A stretch of 63,323 nt of DNA, the filler included, from Welwitschia mirabilis (lineage: Eukaryota), in assembly GCA_051453625.1 (NCBI GenBank). It is 7 parts of one record of this genome, joined end to end, with 100 filler letters (N's around TTAATTAATTAA, not from the genome) between each part and the next. Parts side by side here need not be neighbours in the genome. Positions count along the whole stretch, not along the records: positions 8,103 to 23,641 come from JBOZIK010000001.1; positions 23,742 to 37,536 come from JBOZIK010000001.1; 5 more parts are not named here. One strand, 5' to 3'. Shown here piece by piece: positions 12,501 through 25,280 of the stretch. Under the pieces are notes generated by a model, which worked only from the letters and a program-made list of their open reading frames with translations, was not told the origin of the DNA and did not search any database. The stretch's first letter is position 1, and each line of letters begins with the position of its first letter. The position numbers and the translations under genes are program-made.

Positions 12501-14220
12501 TTGATATCTTCGTCTACCCTCTAATTTCATGAGCTCTTGGAATGACCTTATTCAGGTGTTTCTCTAGCAATTTGGATGGCAAACATATCCAGAGACCCTA
12601 TGCCAATACTTTGCAACTATCAAGATAAAGCACACGGAGACAGTCTGAGCATTCAATAATCGTTTCTAGATCATCTACAACAGAATTCCAATCCAGTACA
12701 AACCATTGGCCTTCTAGGTCATGGTGGGGTACAAGTTTGCTTTAAATAGGATGACTCGATTTTTCTTGGAGCAAATACCCAACCTAAATAGTCTCGAGGG
12801 CCTTATGAATGAGACAATCCATTCAGAGAGACTTATGGCTGTCACCCCTTATGGTCATCCAAACCTAGTCCATGTAAACCATGTTGTTCCACCACCATCA
12901 AACATCAAACTACTTCTAGTTACTACTTTGAATGCTGCAAACCCTCGTTCGTTTCAACTACGTTAATTGCTAAGCCCCGCTGCATCTGCAACACCGTCTT
13001 TTCTCTTGCCTACTCTTCCATTCTCTACTTCTACTACTTCTCCTTAGACTTCTTCTTCTTCTTCTTCTCCTCTTTCTTCTCATCCATCTCTTAATCCATT
13101 TCCACTACCTTCAAGCACGCCTTCAATTCACACAAGAGCCTCTTCGAGTCCNNNNNNNNNNNNNNNNNNNNNNNNNNNNNNNNNNNNNNNNNNNNNNNNN
13201 NNNNNNNNNNNNNNNNNNNNNNNNNNNNNNNNNNNNNNNNNNNNNNNNNNNNNNNNNNNNNNNNNNNNNNNNNNNNNNNNNNNNNNNNNNNNNNNNNNNN
13301 NNNNNNNNNNNNNNNNNNNNNNNNNNNNNNNNNNNNNNNNNNNNNNNNNNNNNNNNNNNNNNNNNNNNNNNNNNNNNNNNNNNNNNNNNNNNNNNNNNNN
13401 NNNNNNNNNNNNNNNNNNNNNNNNNNNNNNNNNNNNNNNNNNNNNNNNNNNNNNNNNNNNNNNNNNNNNNNNNNNNNNNNNNNNNNNNNNNNNNNNNNNN
13501 NNNNNNNNNNNNNNNNNNNNNNNNNNNNNNNNNNNNNNNNNNNNNNNNNNNNNNNNNNNNNNNNNNNNNNNNNNNNNNNNNNNNNNNNNNNNNNNNNNNN
13601 NNNNNNNNNNNNNNNNNNNNNNNNNNNNNNNNNNNNNNNNNNNNNNNNNNNNNNNNNNNNNNNNNNNNNNNNNNNNNNNNNNNNNNNNNNNNNNNNNNNN
13701 NNNNNNNNNNNNNNNNNNNNNNNNNNNNNNNNNNNNNNNNNNNNNNNNNNNNNNNNNNNNNNNNNNNNNNNNNNNNNNNNNNNNNNNNNNNNNNNNNNNN
13801 NNNNNNNNNNNNNNNNNNNNNNNNNNNNNNNNNNNNNNNNNNNNNNNNNNNNNNNNNNNNNNNNNNNNNNNNNNNNNNNNNNNNNNNNNNNNNNNNNNNN
13901 NNNNNNNNNNNNNNNNNNNNNNNNNNNNNNNNNNNNNNNNNNNNNNNNNNNNNNNNNNNNNNNNNNNNNNNNNNNNNNNNNNNNNNNNNNNNNNNNNNNN
14001 NNNNNNNNNNNNNNNNNNNNNNNNNNNNNNNNNNNNNNNNNNNNNNNNNNNNNNNNNNNNNNNNNNNNNNNNNNNNNNGAGCGATAGAGGCTCTTGGCAG
14101 AATGCTAAGGAAATTGACTCAAGATATGGAACAACTTAAGACATGCTAGTAGAAAAGAGTCCAAGAAAAAGAAGAAAGGTCAACGGGGAAGTGGTTTCCA
14201 AATCTTGCCCATGATCCGAA
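9579..14220 (+). mobile_element. Degenerate Ty3/Gypsy (Tat/Ogre-like) gag region, internally tandem-duplicated
   Basis: Frameshift-corrected translation LEDHISTF..HEDVIVSCF..QGDAQL(W)YLRLPSNFMSSWNDLIQVFL.QFG..FATIK..HTETV.AFNNRF.IIYNRIP is a Retrotrans_gag pattern. A ~1.65-kb unit starting at 9579 repeats from 11231, and the gag core occurs three times (~10290, ~11917, ~12361). The upstream CT-rich 7530-9300 region may be its LTR or UTR, but boundaries are not resolved. Confidence 0.75.
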
Positions 14221-14989
14221 GCAGCAACGTGTTCAGCCTACAAAGGAAGATTCCAACGTTGTGTCACTCTATGATTTTTGCCTTTTCCACTAGATAGCCA
14301 ATCATCCTAGGGAGACCTAGACTACCTTCGTATGCAGGAAATCATGAAGATGTTTCATGCTCCTCCCTCTCAACTGGAGGAAACATACTATCTTGACATC
14401 ATAGATTCCTTGGGAGAAGTGAATGTCTGACTTACATTCCTCATAAAAGTGAAAATGAACCAGCTCACCCTACAAAGGATATGTCAGCTCTCCAGACTTT
14501 AGTCTACACTAGGAAAGCTGGAGTAATCAACTGAAAAGCCTTGGACTTAAACCCAACCTAACAGATGACGAGATCTAAGGAAAGTGAAAAGGAGACTGAT
14601 ATCATTTCTAGTCCTCCTAGCAGGAACCATCCAATCAGGACGCTCCCAATGATTCTCTGCCTCTTCTTAGAGATGAGAGGTATTAACTACCCACTTCGAT
14701 GAAAGTCCCTTTTAAGATGACTGAAGAAGAGAAGCAGCATCATGCAAAACAAATTTTCATTGGAAGTGCAAATTGATGCAACTTTTCTACCTCCTTGTCG
14801 TGATTGAAAAGTAACAACAGAATGTACCAAATAAGGTAGTATGCTATTAAATAAAAGGGGTACATACCCATAGATAGTCTAATTTATCATAGAGAAGGAC
14901 ATTATGAAAAGGAGATCAAAATGTGGGTCAGATTAGTGTAGAAGATAGGAATCAAGGAGAGGGAAGGGCTGCAAACACAACATCAGGAA

Positions 14990-16810
14990 TTGTTGTTTCT
15001 TCCTTGTCTAAAGAGGTTGGAGTGGGTTACTTTGCCCAAGGGGCGCAAAGCTTTTCATAGAAGGTGGATCTTTAGGATAAAAGATGAGGCTAATGGCAAG
15101 AAGCGCTACAAGGCCAGGTTGGTAGTGAAAGGTTATGCCCAAAAGCCAGGTATTGATTTTACAGAAATCTTTTCTCTTATTGTAAAGCATTCCTCAATCA
15201 GGATAGTTCTTTCTTTGCTTGCTTGCTTGGATTTAGAGCTAAAACAATTGGATGTTAAGCTAACATTTCTGATGCGGACCTTGATGGAGAGATTTGTTTG
15301 CATCAGCCAGAGGGGTATCCAGACCAACAAACTCCTAATCTAGTTTACAGGCTACAAAAGAGCTTGTATGGTTTGAAACAAGCTCCCAAATAGTGGTATA
15401 AAGATTCGATACATTCATGAAGCAACAGTCTTACTAGAGAAGTCAGTTTGATCACTGTGTTTACTTTTCAGGAAGTGTTATAAGTAAATTTGTCATTCCG
15501 CTCTTGTATGCAAGGAATGATGTAGCTGAAATTAAACATTTAAAAAAGGCAATGAATAAGCAATTTGAGATGAAAGATCATGGCCAGGCTAATAACATTT
15601 TAGGGATGAGAATAATTGGCAAAGTTCTTCAGCGTTTTGGCATGACAGGCCTGACAGTTACAAAACTAGTAAGCACACTATTGGCATCACATTTTAAGTT
15701 GTCAAAAGAAGATTGCCCACATTCNNNNNNNNNNNNNNNNNNNNNNNNNNNNNNNNNNNNNNNNNNNNNNNNNNNNNNNNNNNNNNNNNNNNNNNNNNNN
15801 NNNNNNNNNNNNNNNNNNNNNNNNCTGAGTTTTGCTCAGACTATATTGGATGTTGTTGGTTATGTGGATGCTAATTATGCTCAGTGTAAAGATACAAGAA
15901 AGTCCACTACTGTTATGTTTTTTTGATGGGAGGTGGTCCTGTTAGTTGGATGTCTCGTTTGCAAAGAGACGTAGCTTTGTCAACCACGGAGGCAGAGTAC
16001 ATAGCTATGACAGAGGTAACTAAAGAAATGATCTGGCTAAGAAGTTTACTTAACCGGTTTGAGTTGAAATAGCAACAATATGTGATTTATTGCGATAGTC
16101 AGAGTGCCATTCATTTGGCAAAGAATGTTACCTACTATGCTTGGATGAAGCACATTGATGTGAGGTATCACTTTATCAGGGAAGCATTGGAGGAGAAGAA
16201 ATTGGATGTTCACAAAACCCACACACAGGCGAATCTCGCAAATTTCTTGACCAAGGCTGTTACAAGGGATAAACATCGACGGTGTTGTCATGGCATACAC
16301 CTGGATACGTGATCTGAGCAAGCTTAGATAGCAGTGCATCTTTGGAGCTGCACTTGAAGACATACTAAATTTGTCTTCAAGTTGGAGAATGTTGTTGTGT
16401 GAAGCCAAAATTTATTATTGTGTAATGTCTCTAATGTTATGTTTTACGTTGGCCCCACTTTAATATGCAAAAGGAGGTTTCTATTTTAAACCATCTTTGG
16501 GGCGTTAGGTAGAGATGGGACATGTGTCAAGAGAGGGATGATGCCCTCTCTAGGGTTTTGGCTTGTAACCCTTGGCCTATTTAATGGTGGTGTGAGGGGG
16601 GTTGGTTTGTAAGATAAAGAGTCGATAGAGTTCTGTGAGGCATTCTTGCTTGAAGCCTATTCTTGGCTTGTACTTTTCAAGAAGAGAATAGAGTTCTGCA
16701 CTGCTTTCTCATGGTTTTTCTTCTCATTGGGTTTTCCACGTAAATCCTTGTGTCTCTGTGTTCTCTTTCTACATTATTTACTAGTTTTGCTGTTGTGTAT
16801 TTTCGTAACA
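14990..16810 (+). mobile_element. Ty1/Copia (Tork/Tnt1-like) 3' fragment: RT, RNase H, PPT and 3' LTR (16390-16810, LTR family A)
   Basis: RT: WIFRIKDEANGKKRYKARLVVKGYAQKPGIDFTEIFS, QLDVK, SLYGLKQAP. RNase H: GYVDANYA, ALSTTEAEY, IYCDSQSAIHLAKN, KHIDVRYHFIRE. PPT ttcaagttggagaa, then a TG...CA LTR of 421 bp. A 100-N gap (15725-15824) may join two different elements. Confidence 0.9.
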
Positions 16811-16820
16811 TGAGGCCTAC

Positions 16821-17995
16821 GTGCACATTCAAAATGAGAACAGGACAAACTTGCAAGACAGAGCCAAGCAATGTATGTTTGTTGGATATGGTGAAAATGC
16901 TCTTAGTTTGTTGAAAGAAGATTACTGCATTCAGATTAATAATTTGCCAAAGTTAAAAAGGTTCCCTATACTTCTGCAATGGGATCTTTCATGTATGCAA
17001 TGGTATGTACTCGTCCTGATATTACTTATGCTGTAGGAGTGGCTAGCAAATTTATAACCGACTATGGTTGGAACGACTGGCTTGCTGTTAAGTGGATTCT
17101 CAGATACTTGAAGGCAACACAAAAGTACTACTTATGCTTTCAGAATGGTGAGTTATCCATTCAAGGATTTATGGATGCAAATTTTGTAGTAGACTCAGGT
17201 AGTAGATGTTCTTCTATTGGTTATGCATTTAGGCTTGCAGGGGCAGCAATTAGTTGGTTGTCTCGGTTGCAACTGTTAGTGACTTTATTCACCACTAAAG
17301 CGGAATATGTGGTGCTTACAGAAGCCTGCAAGGAGATGGTGTTGTTGCGTAGGTTTCTTGCTTCTCTTAGTTTAAAACATGGTAAATATTTTGTGTTCTG
17401 TGATAGTCAATGTGCAATATATCTTGCTAAGAATTCAGTTTTCAAGGTAGGACAAAACACATTGATATCAGATTTCATTTTGTAATAGAAATTGTTGAAT
17501 GTAGGTTGGTTAACATTCAAAAGATTCATACGAAGTTTAATGTTGCTGATTCTCTTACAAAGGTGGTGGCAGTGGAGAGGCATAACTTCTATAAAGGAAA
17601 GGTTGAAATTGCATTAACTTGAGCAATGAGTAGCAAANNNNNNNNNNTTGGAGGTTGGTTAGATTTGTCTTCAAGGGTGAGAATTGTTGGAGCTGAAGTC
17701 AAATCCTCTTTTGTATCTTCTGTTTTTCTCTTGTTGTAGCACTTTGTTTGTAAAGTGTATTTCTTTTTTATATTATAAAGTGAGAGGGGCTGTTTATAAG
17801 GTCAATGTAAAATTAGGGTTTTTAACCTAAAGTGAGCCTATTTAAAGGGAAGGGTTTTGAGGGAGGACGATATTTTGAACACTTTGGCTATTGAGGATGG
17901 GTTGTGTCCTTGGTCTATTTCTTGATTATCTTGGGGTTTTCCACCTAAGTTGTTTTGCTTCTTGTTTCTACTATTTTTTGCTGCTATTTTTAACA
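16821..17995 (+). mobile_element. Ty1/Copia 3' fragment: RT end, RNase H, PPT and 3' LTR (17685-17995, LTR family B)
   Basis: GSFMYAMVCTRPDITYAVGVAS, AVKWILRYLK, GFMDANF, FCDSQCAIYLAKNSVF. PPT ttcaagggtgagaat followed by TGTTGG...TTAACA. The LTR matches the reverse complement of 48327-48692. Confidence 0.9.
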
Positions 17996-18142
17996 TCAAG
18001 GTCTCCTGCATCATTACACTCTATATATTCCAGTTTTGATCCACAAGCCTATTTGTCATGTACAATCTCTCCATTTCATTCATTAAAATAAACTTTATAA
18101 AAATCTTATGCACACACTGCGTACCAACCCTTTGTTTCCAAT

Positions 18143-18545
18143 TGTTACAAAGAATATAGCCCAAAAAAATAACAAAATATAGCATTGACAAATAGAGACA
18201 CAAATTAACATGGTGTAGCCCTTTTTGCTTTATGTAAATGAAACAATGCAAAGCTCTTAATGTAATCAAAGTTGGGGGAAACATGCATACAAACCATTTT
18301 CAGTAGCTTTAGCAAAGCCAAACAATCACTCAAGTTGGAAGAGCAAATGACATTTGCTCAAACACAAGCTACTTTTTATAGGCTCAGGTTAGGCTTTGAA
18401 CCCTTAATACAAGAATAACACCCTAAAAATACAATGATCCTATTTAATTTAAATAACCTTTCATACACAAGTGACTTTATAATGTATGAGGAAACTTTAG
18501 ACTCCTTTTTTCTTTTCTCCGAATTACAACCAGTGTTTCACAACA
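18143..18545 (-). repeat. Possible solo Copia-type LTR
   Basis: TGTT...AACA termini, gagacacaaattaacatggt resembling the U5 motif of the other Copia LTRs here, and a minus-strand cctataaaaa TATA-like box. No matching TSD. Confidence 0.45.
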
Positions 18546-19549
18546 TGAAAGGGAAAAGTAAACTAGAGGAAAGATTTGCCTTTGGTCTAGCAAATACCGA
18601 ACTCATGTGATCAATACTTCCATTGCATATTCTAGCATCACAAAGTATTGAATCATCATAATTTTTTATTATAATTTGATACTGAAATTGTATTGTTTTG
18701 TGGAAGTACATTTTATTCATTTATAGTATAGTGTGTATTAGAGCCTCTTTATTTCGTTGCTCCAATTAATTTGTTCTTGAATCCATCTTGCCTCTTTCTT
18801 CAGATCTAATCTAGCTCATATCAATCTTTATCTTTACTCTTTAGGAAGTTGTTTCGTGCCCGGACAATTTGGTTGTCAAAGTTTCATCTCATCTTGATAA
18901 GATTACAGTATGGTGTCAGTTGTTCACAAAATTGTGTCACTGCCTTGTAACATAATTGATCTAACATTATAGTCAAACACTTTCCTTTATATGTCTAACA
19001 TATTGTTGCATTTGAGACTTATTACTTGACTGTAGTGCACACACAACATCATTCAAGGGTGGCATGTATCCTACTAGAGCATAGAAATGTAATGGATTCT
19101 CTACAATTGAATAAATCCATTAATTGCTGATATGCAAACTTTTCTATCTCCTGATCCTCTATAGGTTTTAGGTTTAGCTTTCATCTCAACTTATTGAATC
19201 ATTATAATACGCTTTTCCATTGCTTGTGGATTTGAGATTTGAGCCTTTTTCCAACTCACAATTCGAAAATATATTTATATTATAGCAATGTTTGATTTGT
19301 AATCTCATTTTTAATATTTATAATATGGTTACATGTTTATAGCACACTACTATTATATTGACCATATTATTGAAGTTGAGTCTTGACAATACCATAAATA
19401 TCTATTGTGATTTTCTTGCATTTATGCATTCATTGATAGAATATGTAGTAGCCATTTGTGTAGATGAGTTTACGTTTGTGGGATTGATTAATTGTGATTA
19501 GATTTCTAATAAGATAGTCTACAAGACATAATTTTGATAGTCCATATTC

Positions 19550-20700
19550 ACCACTTGCATTATATATTTTTATCATTTGCTGAACTACTGACATTTTATA
19601 ATTTCCAAAACAATTGTGTTCATACTTCATGGGAATTACACAAGTGCAACATATGATATCCATCCATATAACAAAGAAAAGAAATGTGAAGAACAAAATG
19701 ATAGAGGGAATAATAGAGAATAGAAATAAAAAAGAACAAAATAATTGAGACAAGAAATGATCAAAAGACCAAATAGTGGCATGGCTTCCATGTCATGAAA
19801 ACAGTGAAAAAAATTCACTTTCAATTGATAGATTCAATCGAAAATCCAGAAGATGGTGTTTATTCATCTTCCATTTCTCTAATTAAACTCTAGACGTGGG
19901 AGGAGGTGTTGGAAGTGTGTTGGGGTGAGATCTTTTTTTTTTTTTTGGTGTTTTCTTGTACTAACATCAATATGCAATTCTAGACAAAGTGGAAGGAATC
20001 ATGGAAATCACAATTCCACTTTAAATTGCAATTCCAAAGTGAATCTTACTTGTACACTTTTGAAATGTGGAACCATCTTTTCATTTGAAAATTTAAATCG
20101 TGGGAATTGCTGAAATCACAAGCACGAATTGCGTAAAATCACGAGGTTCAAAAAACATTAAAAGATCAGAAATGTTTTATTTTTATATTTACATTCAATA
20201 GATCATAAAGCCAAAACACAAGTTGAAATGGTCAGTCTAATTTAAACGCACAAGTATTTGTAACCATATAGATATCTTTTTATCATTTGCTGAACAATTG
20301 ACATTTTATCATTTTCAAAACAATTATGCCCATAGTTGATCAGAATTATACATGTGCAAACTCTGCTATCTATCAAAATAATAGAGGAACTAAATGAAAG
20401 AGAACAAAATAATTGAGAAAAGAAATGATCAAAGGACAAAACAGTGACATACCTTCTATGTCACAAAAAACAGTGAAACACATTCATTTTCAATTGATAG
20501 ATTCAATTTAAAATCCAGAATACTAATGTTTCTAGGCCTTCCACATCTCTTATAAGCTCTAGAATTGTGAGAACGTGTTAAAAGTGTGCTAGAATAAGGT
20601 TTCCCATCTTTTATTCTATTAACATCATTGTGCAATTCCAAACAAAGTGGAATTGTGGGAATTGTGGAAATCACAATTCTGCTTTAAATTGCAGTTTTTG
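19550..20700. repeat. Diverged tandem duplication (~0.7-kb period) of an unclassified repeat rich in GCAATTC/GAATTG motifs
   Basis: tatcatttgctgaac... at ~19570 recurs at 20281. acatca..gcaattc..acaaagtggaa..ggaaatcacaattc..ctttaaattgca at ~19965 recurs at ~20622. Confidence 0.7.
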
Positions 20701-22369
20701 CCTTTGGAATTGCCATTCTACTTGAATCACAAATCATCGTTTCTGTTTCCTTTTTCTCTCTCTTTTTTTTCCTAATTGTAATTCCAAAATTGTGAAAGTT
20801 GCAATTTCAAAGCAATTCTCATTTGTATGATTTTTTCTAATATGTGCTATATAGTCGTCAAATTAGTGCATCCTAGGTAGCCTACGGAAAAAATGGTGAA
20901 AATTGCAAGTCCAAAGCAGTTCTCATTTCTATGATTATTACTGATATGTAGTGATCAAATCAATGTCTCCTAAGTAGCCTTAGGAAACATGGCTATTGTT
21001 AAGAGAATGCATTTGAAAGGCTCATTGTTCTAGTTTATTTGACGGATGCTTGAGTGTCTTAAAATTTGATTGATGCATTATGTGCATTTGAGCACATAAG
21101 TTCATTCAAGTATACATAATACATTACTCTAACTTCCTAATAGGTGAAGATAGGTAGAGCTTTGTGTTGAGTAGAAGATATTTGCATTAGTTGTGAAAAT
21201 TGTTGCAAACCAAATCAGTTACACTTCCCTTGTAAATATGTGTGTTGAGTTTGACGAAAGTGTTATAAGAATGGATTCCATAGATTATTGAATACCCATC
21301 CTAGTGCAAATGTTGGTAATCTTCATTGCTAGTTTTAGTGGATGTATTGGGGGTAACTGCTATGCAAATTAGTCATCCATTTACCAAAGATGTTTTGTGT
21401 CTATGCTAAAACATATTTTGGTAGAATGTTTTACGATTTTAGCTCATCATCTATGGGAAAATATATGAACAAGGTTTTATAGGGGGATGTTCAAAAATGA
21501 GCTACGGTTTAAACAATGAAAGGGAAATAATGTCTTTAAAAAACTAATGAAATAATTTGATTTCATGTAAAGGAATGATTATGGCAACTAGTTATGAACA
21601 TATTTTAAAGATGAAGAAAGTCATGCATGTGAAATTAAGAAAACTATATTATACCCAGTCTATTACATTCTAATTTTATAGGATATCAATTATTATTGTC
21701 CATAATTAAAAGAATAGAAATACCATAATTAAAAGTAGAGAAATAATTAAGGTAAGGTTTGACAACGGGCTTCATGAGCAATTTGATGATAACTTGACCA
21801 CTCATTAGGTAAGCATATATATCATGGTCTATTATCTAATAGTTGATGAAAATATTTTAACATGGTGATGAAAATATTTTAACATGTTTCTTTTTAGCGG
21901 ATTGCTTGCAGTAGTTTACTAGGCAAGATGGTGTCAGTTTAAATGTAAAAGCACGACTGGATGCAATATCTTGTGCACACTAGGGGGCATGTTTACCAAG
22001 AGCAATGTACATTTTGAGATTCTTACATTTTTCTTGTATCACACCCACAAAAGTATGATAAGAATTATGCTTCCATCCTAAATCTTATGACTTCATAGTT
22101 GTTGTTACTTGGAAATATAAAATGTAATATTTGTTTAGAAAATCTTCTTTTGCTTGGAAGTACAAAATGTAGTATTAATTTAGAAAATCTTTTATGTTAG
22201 TTTTGCTTTATTTATAATTCTTGTCCTTGAAGAAGACATTGTTAAATTAAATTTGATTCTTTTCTTTTACTTTTTGCATAGTCAAGTTACTTTTGTTCAT
22301 CAATTCATAGAATTACTAAACCTTTTAGGACATTTTGAAGGTTTTGAAAAACATGTTTATCTTTTGTAG

Positions 22370-22444
22370 GTTCAAAGATAATCTTTACAAATGGTTCACA
22401 AGATCCATGGCGTCATGCATCTAAACAAAAATCTTCAAAGAATA
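22370..22444 (+). CDS. Serine carboxypeptidase S28 family protein, internal exon D (catalytic Asp motif)
   Basis: cttttgtAG acceptor and GTgagt donor. Translates GSKIIFTNGSQDPWRHASKQKSSKN, with the NG..DPW motif. The phase-1 junction matches exon C. Confidence 0.95.
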
Positions 22445-22601
22445 GTGAGTAGTATCTTTAGAAACAAAAAAAAAAAAAAATGATTACAATTTTTTTTTTG
22501 ATCTGCATGAGAAAGAGGGATTTCTTGTAGTATTTCTAGTTATATTATTTTATATGATATTTTTAACTTTCAGTATGTTTCTCATTATTTTTTATATCTA
22601 G

Positions 22602-22685
22602 TGCCTTCCTACCTTGTCACTTGTCATAATTGTGGTCATGGAGTTGATCTACGAGGATGTCCCCAATCGCCTTTAAACAATGAGG
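22602..22685 (+). CDS. Serine carboxypeptidase S28 family protein, internal exon E (catalytic His motif)
   Basis: tttatatctAG acceptor and GTaatt donor. Translates MPSYLVTCHNCGHGVDLRGCPQSPLNNE-G, with the H..DL catalytic His motif. Confidence 0.95.
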
Positions 22686-23441
22686 GTAATTTGCTTCTTT
22701 TCATTTGTTGTTCGATTATTTGGCAATTCATTTAATAAATTTTGCAAATTTCAGTCATTGCAACCTATCTTGAGGTCAAGTATTAATATTTCTTTTTCAT
22801 TAAAACACATCATTGTTGAGCATGGATATTATCAAGTACTTTCTACATGTTTTGTGGAATTTTAGATTGTTTTATTCTCAAGACTGCAAACTATTATTGA
22901 TGATCAAGATGATTTTTAGGTAAGGATAAGTATCTAACTGGGAAATCTTGCCTTTGCTTGAAAATTCAATTTTATCTGACTAATTCACTCTAGAGTTCTA
23001 GATTTAATTACTTTGCTAGTTCATCGCTTAAGTCAGCACCCTAAGGTGTGAAAAGGTATAAGAACCCAGATTATCTGATGAATTTGTGACTAAAATCATT
23101 TGTCAATAGAAACCAAGAGTATAGGTAATTAATGCAAGAAAAACCCCTAAATCACAAATTTCTGTTTGCTACATTCTAACTCTAAACTAAAAAGAATACA
23201 AGAAATAAATCAATACATATGGAAATGAAAGAAAGATTGCTTAGATGAAATAAAATCCTAAGCAAAAAGCAACTACAATTAATCTACAATCTGATTAACT
23301 ATTGAATGATAAGGAACTAGACATTGTTTTTGTATTTTTGTGAGAAAGACTAAAATGAATACTTTATTTTGTAATGGAATCCAAGTAGTACAAAATATTA
23401 GATAAGATTGCATATTCAGACATATAGTAAACTATCATGAT

Positions 23442-23641
23442 CAATGAGTAAAATGTCGGCAAATTAAAATGTCGGCAGACTCAAAAAGTTGTGTCGGGGA
23501 GACATGTCGCCATTGTGTCGGCAATATGTCGGCGCAAAATGTCGACGCAAAATGTCGGCAATTGTTTTTCTCAAAAAATGCAAAGCTTATTAAGTTAATA
23601 AAATGTGCAATCAATCAATGCTCTACTAGCAAAAAATGGAA
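23442..23641 (+). mobile_element. hAT-type MITE, left part (second copy; right end lost in gap)
   Basis: Starts CAATGAGTAAAATGTCGGC and is collinear with 24296-24485. Contains repeated TGTCGG/GTCGAC subterminal motifs. Confidence 0.8.
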
Positions 23642-24295
23642 NNNNNNNNNNNNNNNNNNNNNNNNNNNNNNNNNNNNNNNNNNNNTTAATTAATTAANNN
23701 NNNNNNNNNNNNNNNNNNNNNNNNNNNNNNNNNNNNNNNNNGGATGTCCACACCTGTATAAGGTTTCTTATAGAGGAACATCTTGATTTGAAACTGGGAC
23801 ACCAGTCCTATGTGCAAGACAAATGTATGGGGATGCTGGAGATCTTTATTGGGACATCTGCCTTTGTTCGCAGTCAAAAAGCACAAGGACCTCTGGATCC
23901 TAAGGCGGGATATCTGACCCTATACTCGGTCCTCACTATGGGGACGTCCAGATTTTTTACAGGGATGCTTGCCTCTGTACTTGGTCCTCATTATGGGGAC
24001 ATCCAGATTTTTGGCCAGGACGTCTACAATCCTATGCAAGTTTGATAGTGGTCAAGTATTATAACAAGGACGTCCAGACCTTCAAAAGGGGATGTCTGGG
24101 CAATCAAACATTGGAGCAAAAAAAAAGCTGTTCTGAACATTGAAGTGCACATTTCAAGACACCAATGATCATGGATACTTTTTGGCACATCATTCAAGGC
24201 CGAAGGCTCCTCGTTTCAGGCTGTAATAGCTATATTTTGTTAAACCTTGTATAAAAGATGAGAATATCATTATGTAGAATACACTTCTTTATGAT

Positions 24296-24753
24296 CAATG
24301 AGTAAAATGTCGGCATATTAAAATGGCGGTGGACTCAAGAAGTCATATCGGGGAGACAAGTCGTCATTGTGTCGGCAATATGTCGAAGCAAAATGTTGAT
24401 AATTGTTTTTTTCAAAAAAAAAAATTCAAAGCTTATTAATTTTGTGAGATGTGTAATCAATCAATGCTCTACTGGCAAAAATGGATCTTTCATGGGAAAA
24501 TTGTGATTTTCCCTTCATTTTTTCTCATAGTTCACTGGTTTATTGCACAAAAAATGGTTTTTTTTGCCAGAAAACAGTTTCAATGGTATCTGTGTGAGAC
24601 ATTTTGAAAAAGTCGACAATATGTCGGCCAAAAGTCGAAAATGTCGGAAATGTCACCGACTTTTTCAAAATGTCAGCTGAAAATGTTGGCCGACTTCAAG
24701 ACGTTTTCAAATTGAAAAAAGGGCAGCGACATGTCGTGACATTTTAGTCTATG
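24296..24753 (+). mobile_element. hAT-type MITE (458 bp) inserted in the 5' LTR of Sirevirus #1
   Basis: Perfect 8-bp TSD TTTATGAT (24288-24295 and 24754-24761). Imperfect TIRs CAATGAGTAAAATGTC and (rc) CATAGACTAAAATGTC. Subterminal TGTCG/CGACA repeats. Absent from the homologous position in the 3' LTR (~32330). Confidence 0.9.
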
Positions 24754-25280
24754 TTTATGATATAATATTTATAATATCTGCCTTTGCAAGTATGCCACTT
24801 GGTGTACTATTCTTAAATCTAGAAATCTTTTAACTAAGTGATTGTATTATCTATTTGATGATCAGTGTATTCTAAGGCACATTCCTAGCATCAGACTCTT
24901 CAGCTCATGTTGTATTTTATGCTCAAGTTGGAGCATTTGAGATAAGTCCCTTGAGAAAAGGGCATCATATGAGGCTTTAAACCCTATGCAAAGGGGCTTG
25001 TGAGGTTGTGGATGTAAAGGAACCAGGAGGTTGGAAGTTGTTGCTACCCCCTAAGAGTGAGTAGCAAAGGGTCAAACTACTATAAATCTCTGGTGATATC
25101 TAGTTTGTCTTTTAATTTGTTACTTTTGATTAAGGGTTAAGAAACAATTGTTTTATTAAAGAAATATTTTGAAACACCGTATCCATCCCCCTTTAGGGTG
25201 CCATATGATCCTAACAATTGGTAGCAGAGCCTGGTGCTCTAGATTAGTACCTTAGTTATTTTATTGCAAGTATAGACACT

